NCBI GenBank assembly: GCA_000708835.1
Contig: DF237673.1
Span: 1-40,636 of the forward strand
Source: Klebsormidium nitens
Lineage: Eukaryota; Plantae; Klebsormidiophyceae
Direction of reading: 5' to 3'
Length of the DNA stretch: 40,636 nt
The notes under the pieces were generated by a model. The model saw nothing but the letters and a program-made list of their open reading frames with translations, did not search any database and had not been told where the DNA came from. Positions 11,601 through 22,979 of the stretch are shown in pieces (within the stretch, counting starts at the first letter, position 1; the number at the start of each line of letters is the position of its first letter). The position numbers and the translations under genes are program-made.

Positions 11601-14600
11601 AAGTGTCCCCGGTTTGCCCGGAAAGTTCGTCGCGACAGCCTCGTCGCAGCTCTTACGCACAGAGACGTCCATGCGGGAGGTGCCCGGTACGGCCAACACT
11701 GTCGCCAGGTTCACTACGGACACGCCGCAGAATGTGGGCGGCATTCTGCAGGTAAGCAGGGCCGGTCCTTCGACGAGGTTCAGAGATGGTACAAAGTTCC
11801 AGTGGTCCTCAGGCAGCTCCGTCCGTTGGTGGTACAGAATTTTAGCTTTGGAAGCACGGGGCGCTTAAATTGAGACGCCGATTCTTTAGCAGGTGGTTGC
11901 AAACCAGGTCGCAGGGTCAAGGGCGTGGTTTGCCGTCGATCGCCTCCTGCAGACAATCGAAAACCCTGATTATCCTATGCGTGTCGTACTGGTTACAAAT
12001 CAGAATCTCCTCCTCTTCGGACAAGGGACCCTTGTTCGTACAGATCACGAAGACCTTTGCGCTGCAGACACGTAAGATCCGGCGAGCCGGAAAAACCTGT
12101 GCCGCCCTGTCACACCCCTGCAAACCGGAAGTGAACTGACCCAGACTTGGCAGTGTTCAAAAGCCACATATAAGCAGCAGAACCTTGTACACCCTCATTC
12201 GGAGCTGACTTTGATCAGCTTCGAGACGGTTCTCGTCAGTCTCGTTCAATTCCTTCCGTTGATTTCACGCCCCTCAAGCTTTGCCGCTTTCGTCCGCTGC
12301 AGCTGCCGAAGCTCGGAGACTTCACCAACCTGGTCTCCCCTCCCATCTCGTTCCAACTGGATCCCGCCACGGCCGCGCTGTGCGGGACCGCGTGCGTTGC
12401 TTCCTGCCGGGTAAGCGCGCACGTGGCCCTTTTCCGTAGTTCAATTCGCAGTGCACACGAGTTTGACTAGGGCACAGATAGACGTATGGCAGTGCCGTTC
12501 TGAGGTGCGGAGTCGCCACAGGAAACGATGTATAAAGGTGCACCATGATACCCTAAGGACTGCGATGAGATTCTTACGTCACAAACCAGCTTCCTCGCAA
12601 CGAGCAAACATAACCTGTTCTGGGCAGAGGTCACCGGGAATGGCGTGAATGGACACCAGCAAAGCTGCTTCTCCGTATCTCTGATCTGTTAATGTCAAGA
12701 GAGAAATACCCCAAGAACTCGCAAGGAATAAAGACGACCGCTCATATGTTGATGAATCCGAGGAGTTTTTCATCGTACCTGGTCGTTGCGCATCTAGCCA
12801 GTTCTGAGCATCTTCGTCGATAAAAGCATCCACTTGAGGACTGACCGACCTTGACCGGCAAAAGTCTTGCAATGCGAATGTTTGCCGCGCACATTCAGAG
12901 CACATTGCAAGATACTTCAGGCTTCTCCCATCTCGACCTTGTGGCGATTTCCTGGTAGCGGCCTTTAATCGATCCTCAAGACCCTTTATAGTCACACGAG
13001 TGTTCCGTGTCTAACCAAACCCGGTAAACAGGTCTGACCTACATTCAAACCAATCCATCTGGGTACAATGGCTTCCAAACACCGCCGAAGCAGGCTTGCT
13101 TAAGTGTGGTGTCCCCTTTTGGATTCGCAGGTCGACGACTTGGCCCCTGTTCCCTGCGGGTCCAGCCAGGCCGCCGTAACTCCGGCTAGCCTGGAGGACG
13201 GTTACCACCGCGTCACGGCTTCTTTCTCCCCTTCGCCCGGGGCACTGGCCCCGGTCGGTGTGCTCAGCATATTCTTCACCGTGGGTAAGATCTTCAACGT
13301 GATGTTCCAAGCTCAATACGCCTGCGGCGTTTAAGAATCATGAATTCACGAAGCAAATTGCTTCCAATCGATCATCGAGCAACTTGACAAGCTCGTGCCT
13401 TCAAGCGCCTCGTGTCATGAATGAGCGTCTCAACACGTTACTGCAAGTCTGCTTAAGACCTTTTAGCTATTCCAGACCCCCGGCGTGCCTCGTATGCTTG
13501 CGCCATACTCTTGTCGGCAGCAAGTCGCCACTGGTCAGGTTGCAAGCGTACGGCAGTCCCGAATCATCTATCTCTGAGCTCCTTGCAGACACGGTACCTC
13601 CGACCGTCTCTGTTGCCTTGGAGGCTGACAACAACGAGTCACCCCAAGTCTTCATTGACGTCATCGACGGCAGGCAGACCGTCTTCATGACCTGGAACAC
13701 CCCGGCGGCTTGCCCCGGGTACGCCGTCGCAAGCGAACCGGTCGACAACCTGAACGGAAATTCGTTCAACCTGGAAGGCGCGCAGTTGATCAACTTCCAA
13801 GTGGACACGTCACGTAGCGCGGGACGGAGGCTGAGAGCCCTTCTGCAGGCGAATCCCTCCTTAGCGAACTCTTCTAATCCGGTCGCCTACAGATTTCAAG
13901 TGAGAGAGCTTGAACCTTTTCTACTCTTGAATTTGGCCCCAGTCGTTGATAATACATGGAAAGGTATTCGGCCCTGGATTTGCACAGTCCTAGGATTAGG
14001 CACCATCATGAGTGGTGTCTTCGAAGGTCTTTGTTCTGCCACATGTTCCAAAAACCGCATCAGAAACAGCTCTCCTGTCTGCGGCCGCGACCTGATTGGA
14101 AGCTCCTTTCCAACTGACTGCGCTCGAACTTCGAACCAAAGACGACGTAGATCCTTGACCTCCTCTAGTCTTTTGTCCCTTGTCTCTGAGCTGGCTTGCC
14201 GCTCTCACAATTTTCTTATGCACATGTCGAATTGTAGTATCAGATTTTCAGCCCCGAGAATCATGAATCGTAAAACCAAGTCTGCCCAGCATAGAACATC
14301 GAAGGTGCATCTTTCTTCTCAATGAAGTGAACAGATCGGTCGAGCGATCACTCTCAGCCGATTTGCGCCCCGGTTTCTCCAGGTGGTGCCAACCGGGTCC
14401 GGTCCCGGGCTGGTGAGAGTCTCAGTGTCCCCGGCAAATCTCGCAGACCGGGCAGGAAACCCCATCCAGCTCACCGGAAGCTCGTCGTACGTCATGTACT
14501 ACGGTGAGTGCGCCATCACACGTTTCGAAGAGGCAATGATATCCTTTTCAATTGGATCCAACCTCCCGACCAGGGATGCTTTTTGCATATCTTTGCGCAT

Positions 14601-17600
14601 GAATGAGTGCACGTTTCGATCCTTGTGAGTGAATCATTCTGTTGATGCTGCGCAGATCGGGATCCCCCGACGGCCCTCCTGCAGCTGGTGTCCACGAGCC
14701 CCAACGGCGCGACGTCACTATCCAGCGACCCGGGGGTGTCTTCCGATCCGACTGTCACGATCGTACTCGACTTCGACAAGAGGGTCATTGGCTTTGATGC
14801 CAACTCGGTGGTGCTCCAGAATGGCACGCTTATCAGGTAGGGCTGCTATTTGGCAGCTCCTCAGTGAGTTGTTCGAGATCATCTGAGATCATTTAAGGAC
14901 CACCACCCTCTAGTTCGTGGTTCTGCCAGTGGGCCTCGTCCGATTTGAAATAGTGGTCAGACACTTTTTGAGGGTTGATTCGTAGCGCCGTCAGTACTTC
15001 CGCGGCGCTCGCGGTTGCCGGGAGATGAGACAAACGTGGCGTTGAAAGCAAGCACATTGTCTGGGGTAGCCTTGTGAGACAGGACTTGGGAGATACACGC
15101 AATATCTGAGGCTCCTTTCTCCTCCATCCGCTCTGCAAAGAGCTGGCAGCATTAAGCAATAAGGACCTGATACTCTGGTCAATTCCTACGCCGCATGACG
15201 TGTTGTTGAAATCTGAGTGACGTTGGGGTTGTCCGGCAGGGCCGGTCCGAACGCTGCCAGCGCGGAGGGCTTTTCGTACGTCCTGACGGTCGCCATCGAC
15301 CCGGGGGCCACCCTGGTACTCTTCGTCCCCGCAGACAGCGCCTACAGCGTCGTCGGACTGGGCAACACCGCCTCCAATCAACTGCAAGTACTCAACTGTG
15401 AGTGCCCAAACACATCGCACCGCGTATAACTATTTCCAGGAAAGAGTCTCATATGATGTCGCATGAAGCAGCATGTCGGCAACACCTTAGCACGAACGAT
15501 CCGAGAAAGAAAAAGAGGTTCATATCACGGAGTTTGGAATCGGGTGGGCAGCTCGGCCAAGAAATCCTAGTTTTCGCTTTGCAGACGCGGGCAGAAATTC
15601 ATCATTGTACCCATTGGGATCCGCTTTAGGAAAAAGCTAACTGGATTTTAAGCGTTCACATCAACCTCAATAAGTGATCTAGGCCGGATTTATTGATTGA
15701 AACAGAGTAGATAACGAAGACGCTTGAAATCCTCTCTTACGAGACATTCAAGTTGTGGGTAAATACGCTTACACGGACACTGCTTCTCTCCCTTTCAGAC
15801 GCCATCAACACGCAGCTTCAGTCGAGTGTGCGAGCTACTGCCGTCGCTTCCTTGGGAGCCGTGGCGGTTGGGAGCGTCTTAGCAGGTTCAGGAACCCTGT
15901 TTATGGTGAGTGGCATCATCAGCCCAGCGATCTTCGCCTACGAGATCCGCTGCACTTCGTGAGCAGGGCCGTATACATCGAAACCTTGGTACTCTTTCTT
16001 CCATCCAGGTTTGCGGTGTCTCGGTCAAAGACCCCTTGAGGTGACAATTTTTGGTTATCTGAACACATCTTAGGGCGCTTGCCCCCCCATTCAATAAAGC
16101 TAGCATCTGTAGTGTAAGGTGGACCTGTCTTGTGTTAGCAATCTTGTTTTTCCAGAGTACACAACGCTAAGCAATAGAAAAGCAATAGAAGTGCTCCACC
16201 CTCCTGGCTTCATTGTGCAATTCACGCGCTCCCTGCGCCTTTTCCAGACGGTTGCCTCCAGCTTCAGCCTCTTCGCGGCGCGTCTCAACCTGGATGTTCC
16301 GCTTCCGACCCCTTACCGGGACGCGAGTTCCGCCCTCGGCTTTGCTCTCTTCCGCTGGCCGTCTCCGTTCGACACGCTCTCGGGCAGCAGCCCGATCCCG
16401 TACACGGAACGCCCACAGCCGCTGGGCTCCGACGCTCCGGTCGGTCCGGCCAACGGAACAGCGGCTGTCAGCGACCGCGGCGGCGGAAGGAGGCGAGCGC
16501 TGCTGCAGGCGGCCGCAAGCAACGGAACTCTGCCCAACGGAACGATCCCGCGGAACACAACCCTGGTGAACCAGGGACGTCCGATCGTCTTCGGAGACAG
16601 GAGCGTGTCCTTTGAAGCCACCACCAACTCTTACAGCAAGGAGCTGAGTGTAAACGCGCTGAGCTTGTTCCACAGCAGCGGACATGACGGGTGAGTAAGA
16701 AGTGCCACCTGTAATCGATTATGACTTGCACCTTCGGCAGCTGTACAAAGGCTGTGGCAAACGGCGGTCGCCTTTGAAAGATTGAGATGCGAACCTGCGA
16801 ACTTTCATCGAGATGTGGCGAGGACTCTTGTAATCCGCTCTCCTCGAGCTCAGAGCAATTTGGCTCCCGGAAAAAGTCCGAATGTGACGGCGAAATCCAT
16901 CATCGACCGTCTCTGGAGATTTTTCAAGCGCTGAAGACCGTTGCTAAGTATGCGGATAGACAATCCGTGACTTGTAACACTTGCAGCGCACTTGCACCTA
17001 CTCTACCTCCTAAATAGTGACGCATAATCCGAATAAGAGGCCAGTTCAACCTGTTGTCAACGTGTTCCTGCCTCCTTGTCTCAACATCAATCTAGGCCCT
17101 ACACCTTCCCGCAGTTTGACAGTGAGCTCTGTCAAGCGCCCGACCTGCATTTCGCAAAATACTGAAACGCGATCATGATCCTACTTGAAGAAGGCCATCG
17201 AAGCGAGAAAACGCGCCGGCTGTGATTCACCGAACCTCGGGTTCTGCGCCGGCTATCACGGTTCGGACCGGCCGTGATCCTCTTCTCGTACTTCTGCCCC
17301 TTTTCCAGGCTGCGAAGCTTGCTGCGCACCGTGTTCTACGTGACGGTCATCCTCCTCGTGGTCTTCCTGCTCCGTTACCCCCTCAGGGCGGCCTCGCTCC
17401 GGCTCGCCAAGATGCAAGCCCCCCCCTCCTTCTTGGTATTCCCGGCCATGGAGCTGGCCTTCTTCTCAGTTGCGCTGGTGGCGCTCTCGTACGTTGCCCT
17501 GGGCGCAATCGTCGGTGAGTGGGACCACGTGCCCGTCTGTGGCGCAACGACAAACCTTTTAGATATACCAGATTCTGCGCGACTTTTGAAGCAGTGTTGG

Positions 17601-20600
17601 GTCTTACGGCGTGAACTTCTGATTTTTAGATTCCTCCAAGTAAAGTCTACCGACACCGCACCAGCTCGTGCTTGTCGTCAGGATCTCACGACTCGGATTG
17701 GCTTCTCTTCCTCATCACTGTAGTCGTTCCTGCAGAAGCTCTCACAGATCGCTTTCGATACGATGAGTGTTGCATTATCAGCAGGTACCCTGCTTTAAAC
17801 AAACCTGTGGGCAGATCCTTTGAAAGTCTCTCGGCCTGCTAAAGTCAAGCATCGCTGGTTGAAAAGAAACGACTGTAAGCTGCCGCTCCGCAGCTCTTCA
17901 TTCCGCACATTTGTTGCTCAGCCCGTCGACTCTCAATGATGATCTGGACGTAAAGATACTCGTCTATCATCTTTGATGGCTTCGGAAGTCCAGCCCGGCG
18001 GTCTGATCTTCCGGTAATTTCAGCTTGTTCAGACGTCCCGCTTGCCCGCATCTCTGTACCTTACCAACTCGAGTTGTGCAGGACGCTCTTCTTGGGGCAT
18101 CGTTCTGGGGCTGCTCGTGATCCTCGCTGTGATCTCCTTCTTCATCCTGGTGCTGTCCGTAGTAGGGCGCCACGTACTCATGGTGAGCAAGATCAAACGA
18201 ATCTCGCAAGATGCTTATTGTAGAGTGCTGAATCTGCTACAAGATAAAACTTTTTGATTGGGTTGCCTCTCGACATGCATGAACATGGACTAGTACAACT
18301 CTCGCTTTGGGTATTGGCCGTGTCAAGATCACCGGAGGCACTGCGTCCCTACGAGCGTGGTTCTTTGCTAGCTGCTGTCAACTAGCATAACCAGAGCTCA
18401 CGCGCAGAAACGTTCTCTGTGTAGCCCGGAAACTGCATGAATCGGATGCCCCATTTTATGTTCTTCAGCTTCTTCACAATTTCTTGAAAGAAACAGGAAT
18501 GCCTTCCGATCTCCTGATATCAGACATGGTGTTGAACACCTGAACAAGCAGCATCTTCAGTGCTTAGCTGGACTCCTGACCGTTCCCAAATGCTTGACTA
18601 GCCGTCTTTGTTTCCTCCAGAGCAAGTCGGTCGCTTTCGTCTCCGAGCAACACCGTCCCGGGGCTTCTCTCGCCGCCTGGTTCCGGGCCCCCGTGAACGG
18701 CTCCTGGGAACCGGTGGATACCGCCGAGGGCGACGAATTCCGGGCCAAGTACGGCTACTTGTACCAAGACTACGCGGGTCGCCCCTCCGAGCTGGTCATG
18801 ATCGGCCCGCAGCGCCTGACCAGGTCGGCGACCAAGAAGGGCGCCCCTGCGGCGCTCTCCTCCCGGGCTGTCTCAGGGGCTCGTGCTTTTTCGTTGTCGA
18901 AGAGCTTCCACCTAAGCGAGGAGGAATTAGAGCAAGCCAAGGAAGACGACCCCCCGGAAAGAGTGGACCCTCTTGAGGGCGGCCTCACGAGTACCCCGGT
19001 GAAAGCTCCCGAGGAGGCTCTGATTGACATTCAAGAGGAACCAGAGGAGCCCACACAGGATCCCACATCCCCGGAGAAGGAGACCAGTGACGTCATTGTG
19101 ACGTCGCCCAACCGGGAGCCCCTGATGGAGACGGCGCCCGGCAAAAGGGCGCCGGGCGCAAAGCTGTCCCGATCGCAAACCATGCGCACGGTGCACCGGG
19201 TGGGCAAGGTTGGCCCCGGGGCGCACCTCCGACCGGGGTGGAAGCTGATGACGCTCTTTGTCGTGGTGAGCGCGCAAACCGGGGCGAGGGCCAATTGGCC
19301 GTCCGTTTTTAGGTCGCGTTCCGAAGGGGTTTTCGTTCAACGGGGTTTTGAAACTTCCGCGCAATGACGTCGTCGATCTGAAGTCAGAGACGGGTGGGTT
19401 TTGGTAGGATGACGTTAGCATGGTTGCTGCACAGAGACTTGGCCGGTCAGAAATGGCGGCGGGTCAGCCTCCCAATCTATTAGCTGCACACGGGGTCCGT
19501 TAGTTGCGAGTGTGCTGAGCAAAGGCCGCTTTAAATCTGCCGGGATGCGGCTGCCCATCCATCAGCTGAATGCCAAAGTCTTTGACTTTAAAACTGCTGA
19601 TTGACAAATCGTAGTCTTTCAAAGTTCCGTTCGAAGGTCCGCAACGAGCCTTCGAGTTGCTCGTTCACCCATCAACGCGCGGCCTTGCAGTGTTTGCTCC
19701 AGCTCATTCCGCTCATACTCGTCCCGCCCGTCTTGCAGGCCGTCGAGGCCGCTCTGCTGGGTGCGACCCACGGTGTGCGTGCCCAGTACTGGCAGGTCTG
19801 CCTCATCGTCATCATGCGAGGAGTGCTCGTCATCGTTTTGATCATTCTCAAGGTAAGTTCACGAATCTTTCCAAGTTGACCGGAGCCCATGCCTTTTCCA
19901 CCCGAAAGTTACAACTTGAATCAAGACTGACCATGTACGTTGAGGCGGCGCTGCTGGAAGACTTGTGTGAAGATGGGACTACTTGGGTGTTCGTGTAAGT
20001 AGAACGAGAATTTCTTAATCAAGCATCCCGTTAGGCTTTGTTTGAGTCACACAACCGAGGCGTCAGCCATGGTCATTAAGGTGAACGGCTGGCTCGCTTT
20101 ACTTCTCGCCGTGGAGAACACAACAGAAAAATGCTGGCATTCACGCTCTGTGAGAAAGCATCCTCAGATTCTGCAATGTTTGCACTGGACTGCTTCCACC
20201 GCCCCTATTGGCTCTCTTCACATCTTACCCCACCATAATGTTTCCGCGCCCTGGCCTCGCCAAATCTTGACAGCCCTCCAAGTATCTTAGGGTGGCCGTG
20301 GTTGCGGAGAAGAATCAATAGATGTAGTCCACGGACATTGTTTTTCTCCGAGCTCTGACATCTCCCTTCTCCTTGCAGCCGTTCACGAGAGCGACCCTCC
20401 AGGTGATCGAGTTGCTGACGTTGGTGTGCGAGTTGTCTGTCGTCACGCTGGCGTTAGCTCTCGTGGTGCAGCAGGACGTCAGCCCCGCGGGGCAGCTGCG
20501 CAAGAACCAAGAGGGGCTCGGCTACACCATGATTGCCCTGCAGCTCCTGGCCGTCTTCGGAAACGTCGTCAACGCGTGAGAACCCCGCCCTGTGCTTTTA

Positions 20601-20951
20601 GTGTGACACTTTTAGAAAGTTTGATCTTTGCTCCACACAAGCGCCTCGGCTACGGGCCGCTATGTACAATCAAAGTCACGACACTTCGTTTTTTGCATTC
20701 TGCTACACACCAGATGAGTCGCGATCACGAAAAGCAAGTGGGGGCAGTTTCCGGCGCTGGCCAGGGTTTGCAGCGCGTCTGTGCACCCAGACAAAAATAC
20801 TGTTCCTGCTTAAACAAGAAAGGGGTCCCCCAATTCGGAGCGCTCCGTCCTCACAAAGTTCTTTTTCTCTGCATGTAGCCTCGCCTCAGCGTGTCTGAAA
20901 CTCTCCGACTATCTGCGGGGCAAGAAGAAGGCGCTTCCAGTCCATCTTTAG
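2621..20951 (+). CDS. Giant multi-exon cell-surface membrane protein: Pro/Thr-rich stalk + NIDO + PKD + Pro/Thr stalk + Ig-like repeats + 8-9 TM At3g48200/Pkd2-FLC-like module (~2,900 aa)
   Basis: Hand-built GT-AG exons: 2621-2680, 2739-4399, 4834-4945, 5705-5906, 6320-6591, 7885-8190, 8742-11751, 11893-12071, 12303-12410, 13131-13284, 13589-13899, 14383-14503, 14656-14836, 15240-15397, 15799-15905, 16248-16690, 17309-17514, 18082-18182, 18621-19265, 19739-19852, 20379-20575, 20879-20951. Splice phases agree at every junction except 12071/12303 (unresolved). The model needs single-base corrections in two poly-C runs (3037-3042, 9575-9582) and spans an N gap. The first and last exons are the least certain; an alternative stop is TGA at 20577-20579. 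Confidence 0.8.
3745..4195 (+). repeat. Three ~150-153 bp coding repeats (SPP..L..DFPPPPL...VLPAPPP)
   Basis: CTCCCCACCAT recurs at 3778, 3931 and 4081, and the peptide motif FPPPPL recurs three times with a ~50 aa period. Confidence 0.8.
4349..7910 (+). other. NIDO (nidogen-like) domain split over 5 exons
   Basis: The spliced translation CLPRGDD...PMKFFGSTVSSLFVNINGDLTL...IFAAFWADVDT...VCYRST...FNPAAVFIAFWHNVGYY...NTFQAVI...WTTGQASGGTDGLGGYPAQVGFDAGDG...PGSQT...SNMGVPGKFCYQV reproduces the hallmark NIDO motifs (FFG, VNxNG, FWADVD, NTFQ, WTTG-ASGG, GFxAGDG, SNxGxPG). Confidence 0.92.
7930..8190 (+). other. PKD-type Ig-like domain
   Basis: The exon translation YAGGPYSVQSGSSITLTGEASNDG...FSWDTN...YVVLRVTDNCGATSVDTYINVT matches the AGGPY...L.G..S.D...WD...V.LxVTD..G pattern of PKD domains. 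Confidence 0.8.
8928..9389. other. Assembly gap (462 N) inside a Pro/Thr-rich exon
   Basis: Run of N. The left edge ends in the second copy of a 30-bp unit (CCAGTACCCCCCCCGCCTGTGACGACTGCT = PVPPPPVTTA), which suggests a collapsed tandem repeat. Confidence 0.97.
10891..11160 (+). repeat. 18-bp coding tandem repeat, ~15 copies (QAPVTT/QAPITT/SGPVTT-like hexapeptide)
   Basis: Units such as CAAGCCCCGGTCACAACG, CAAGCACCGATCACGACG and CAAGCCCCGGTCGCGAGC follow each other at an exact 18-nt period. Confidence 0.9.
12303..15397 (+). other. About three Ig-like (bacterial Big-type) repeats
   Basis: Motifs CRVDD...C...LEDGYHRV, DTVPPTV, LADRAGN, DRDPPTA...LDFDKRVIGFDANSVVLQNG and GNTASNQL, all typical of Big-type beta-sandwich repeats and of the ectodomain of the At3g48200 family. 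Confidence 0.7.
15799..20951 (+). other. Multi-pass membrane module (8-9 hydrophobic helices), At3g48200 / fungal Pkd2-FLC (TRP-like) type
   Basis: Motifs FAARLNLDVPLPTPYRDASSALGF, FPAMELAFF, GSW...FRAKYGYLYQDYAG, LRPGWKLM and LKPFTRATLQVIE, plus long hydrophobic runs in exons 15799-15905, 17309-17514, 18082-18182, 19739-19852 and 20379-20575. Confidence 0.75.
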
Positions 20952-22979
20952 CAAACGGGACCTTATGGGGTTGCGTATCAAGGTATTGCGTCAAATATGA
21001 CAGGACGCTCGAGAAGCATCACGGTGTCCGACATAGCTAGCTGTATGTTTATAGACTCTCGGAGTTTGTCAGAGACGCCAGATGAGTACAACTTTGGCTA
21101 CTTGTAGTTGGGTCCGGTGAATACCGGGGGTCCGCTTTCTAAGAAGTGGCTATAGAGCTTTCCGGACTAACGGAAGATGGAGCAACAGAATAAGTACGTT
21201 TACATACACGTAAGCGGTTTGATTCGGGACAGGTCTGAAAAGATCCCAACTACAGTTATGTTCCAATAAAATGAATCTGAGCTTAGTTCCATCGTAAAGA
21301 TGATACAATAATCAGGTTACTCAAGTATAACGACCTGAATGATTGTTGTGTATTTAGATCAGAGTGCTTGGATTTGACTACAAACTTGACATTTGATGAG
21401 ATTTGACTACATTATTGGCCGGAGTGGTTATATTCCATCTGCATCCCACAATTCGCCAGACAAAGTCAAAGCGCGAATGAACGCTAACTTGTCCGCGTCT
21501 CGATCCCTTGCTGCACGCCCTATAGATACCTTTATCAGTAACTTCGACGGCTGTGCTTGTCGAAGCAAAATTTTGCGGGTCTGTATACATCAACAGAGCA
21601 CTTGTACGTTGCATGCGAGATCAACGGAGCAAAGATTGTATTTCAGGCTGATCTGTACCCCGTTTCCATGGCGCCTGCATGCATAGCGCGGCCCGAGACA
21701 TGTGTGTGGCGGCTGCATGGGCGTGATCGAAGGTGTCACAGAGGTCACAGTAGATTGAGCGTTAGGACAGTCAAAGCCACACTCTATATGTAGCCTATGA
21801 AAATGCCCTCAGTGCGACCCTGATGGTCATATTGGGTTATATAATGTCTGCAATTTGGGAACATGCCATCCGCATATTATAGAACATGCCCCTGCCAGCA
21901 AAGCACCTTCGGTCGGGCTAGACGCTATTGACAATTGAGAATGTACGTACGCACTAGGATGCGCGCGGTACGTTAATCATGGACGCGTGTCCTTCGTACA
22001 TTTAAGGACTGGGGCGACAAAGACATGATCGAGATGCAGGCAAGGTACTATATGCCCCTCCGACCTCGCCGCCGCACTGAGCGCCGGTTCCTCTCCTCGG
22101 CCGTTGCTCCTAGCTTGTTTGACAATGTTACCGACACGCCAGTGCAACTACGCCAACGACCTCAGGCTAGCTTGGATCGCATATGACAAGAGTGCTTCAT
22201 TACCGCGTGCATCCTTTACAATCAGCATATAGTCGACTGCACATGGAGTACTATGTTGTGCGTCAGCTGTCCAGTAAAAAACTCGGTCACGAATCCGCTC
22301 ACGATTCTTCTTATGCATGTTCTAGTACAACACCTAGAATGTCGGTTGTCGCAATGTTCTACCGTGCTCACTACCGCACCTGCTTGTCTACAACCAGGCT
22401 TTCCTACACGTTGGTAACTACGTGTTTCTTGAGCGGTTGCTATGCTGCGCCACCGCAATGATCGCTTTCAGTGACTCTGGCTTTTCTGTCTTTGCAAATT
22501 TTACATACCTGCGGACATGGGTGCACCTTGTAGGCCCGTGTTTGACCACAACGGCGACGTGCTTACAGCACCACGGGACCATGATCTGTGCAACGTAACG
22601 TCCAGTCTTCTTGCCCCAGCGTCGCTGTGCTGCATCTTTTCTTATCTGACTGCCGCGTGGCGAGACCCCCTCGGCAGCCCTGTCGCTTACTGTGAACGAA
22701 GACAATTTGAGTTTGCTGCACCAGCCCACCAGCTGTGCGGCGTGAGCGGGGCCTGAACGTCGGTCCGCATGCCCGAAGTCGGCCTTCCAAGACGTACCTC
22801 GGATTCTTTGACCATCCTTTCGAGGACTTGACGTGTTTACGGTACCAGGAACGATGTTATCCCAGCACATATGTGCCCCGGCCCTAACCACCTAACCAAG
22901 TTGAAGCGTCTTTTGGGCAAGGGCAATTCTGCCCTTTTGGCCTCATAAAAACCGAAGGCGGGACAATAACCGACATTGG

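Noticed and set aside
13384-14325. 313-aa ORF as an independent gene
   Set aside because: Only 13589-13899 is domain-like and bounded by splice sites; the rest is intron read-through.
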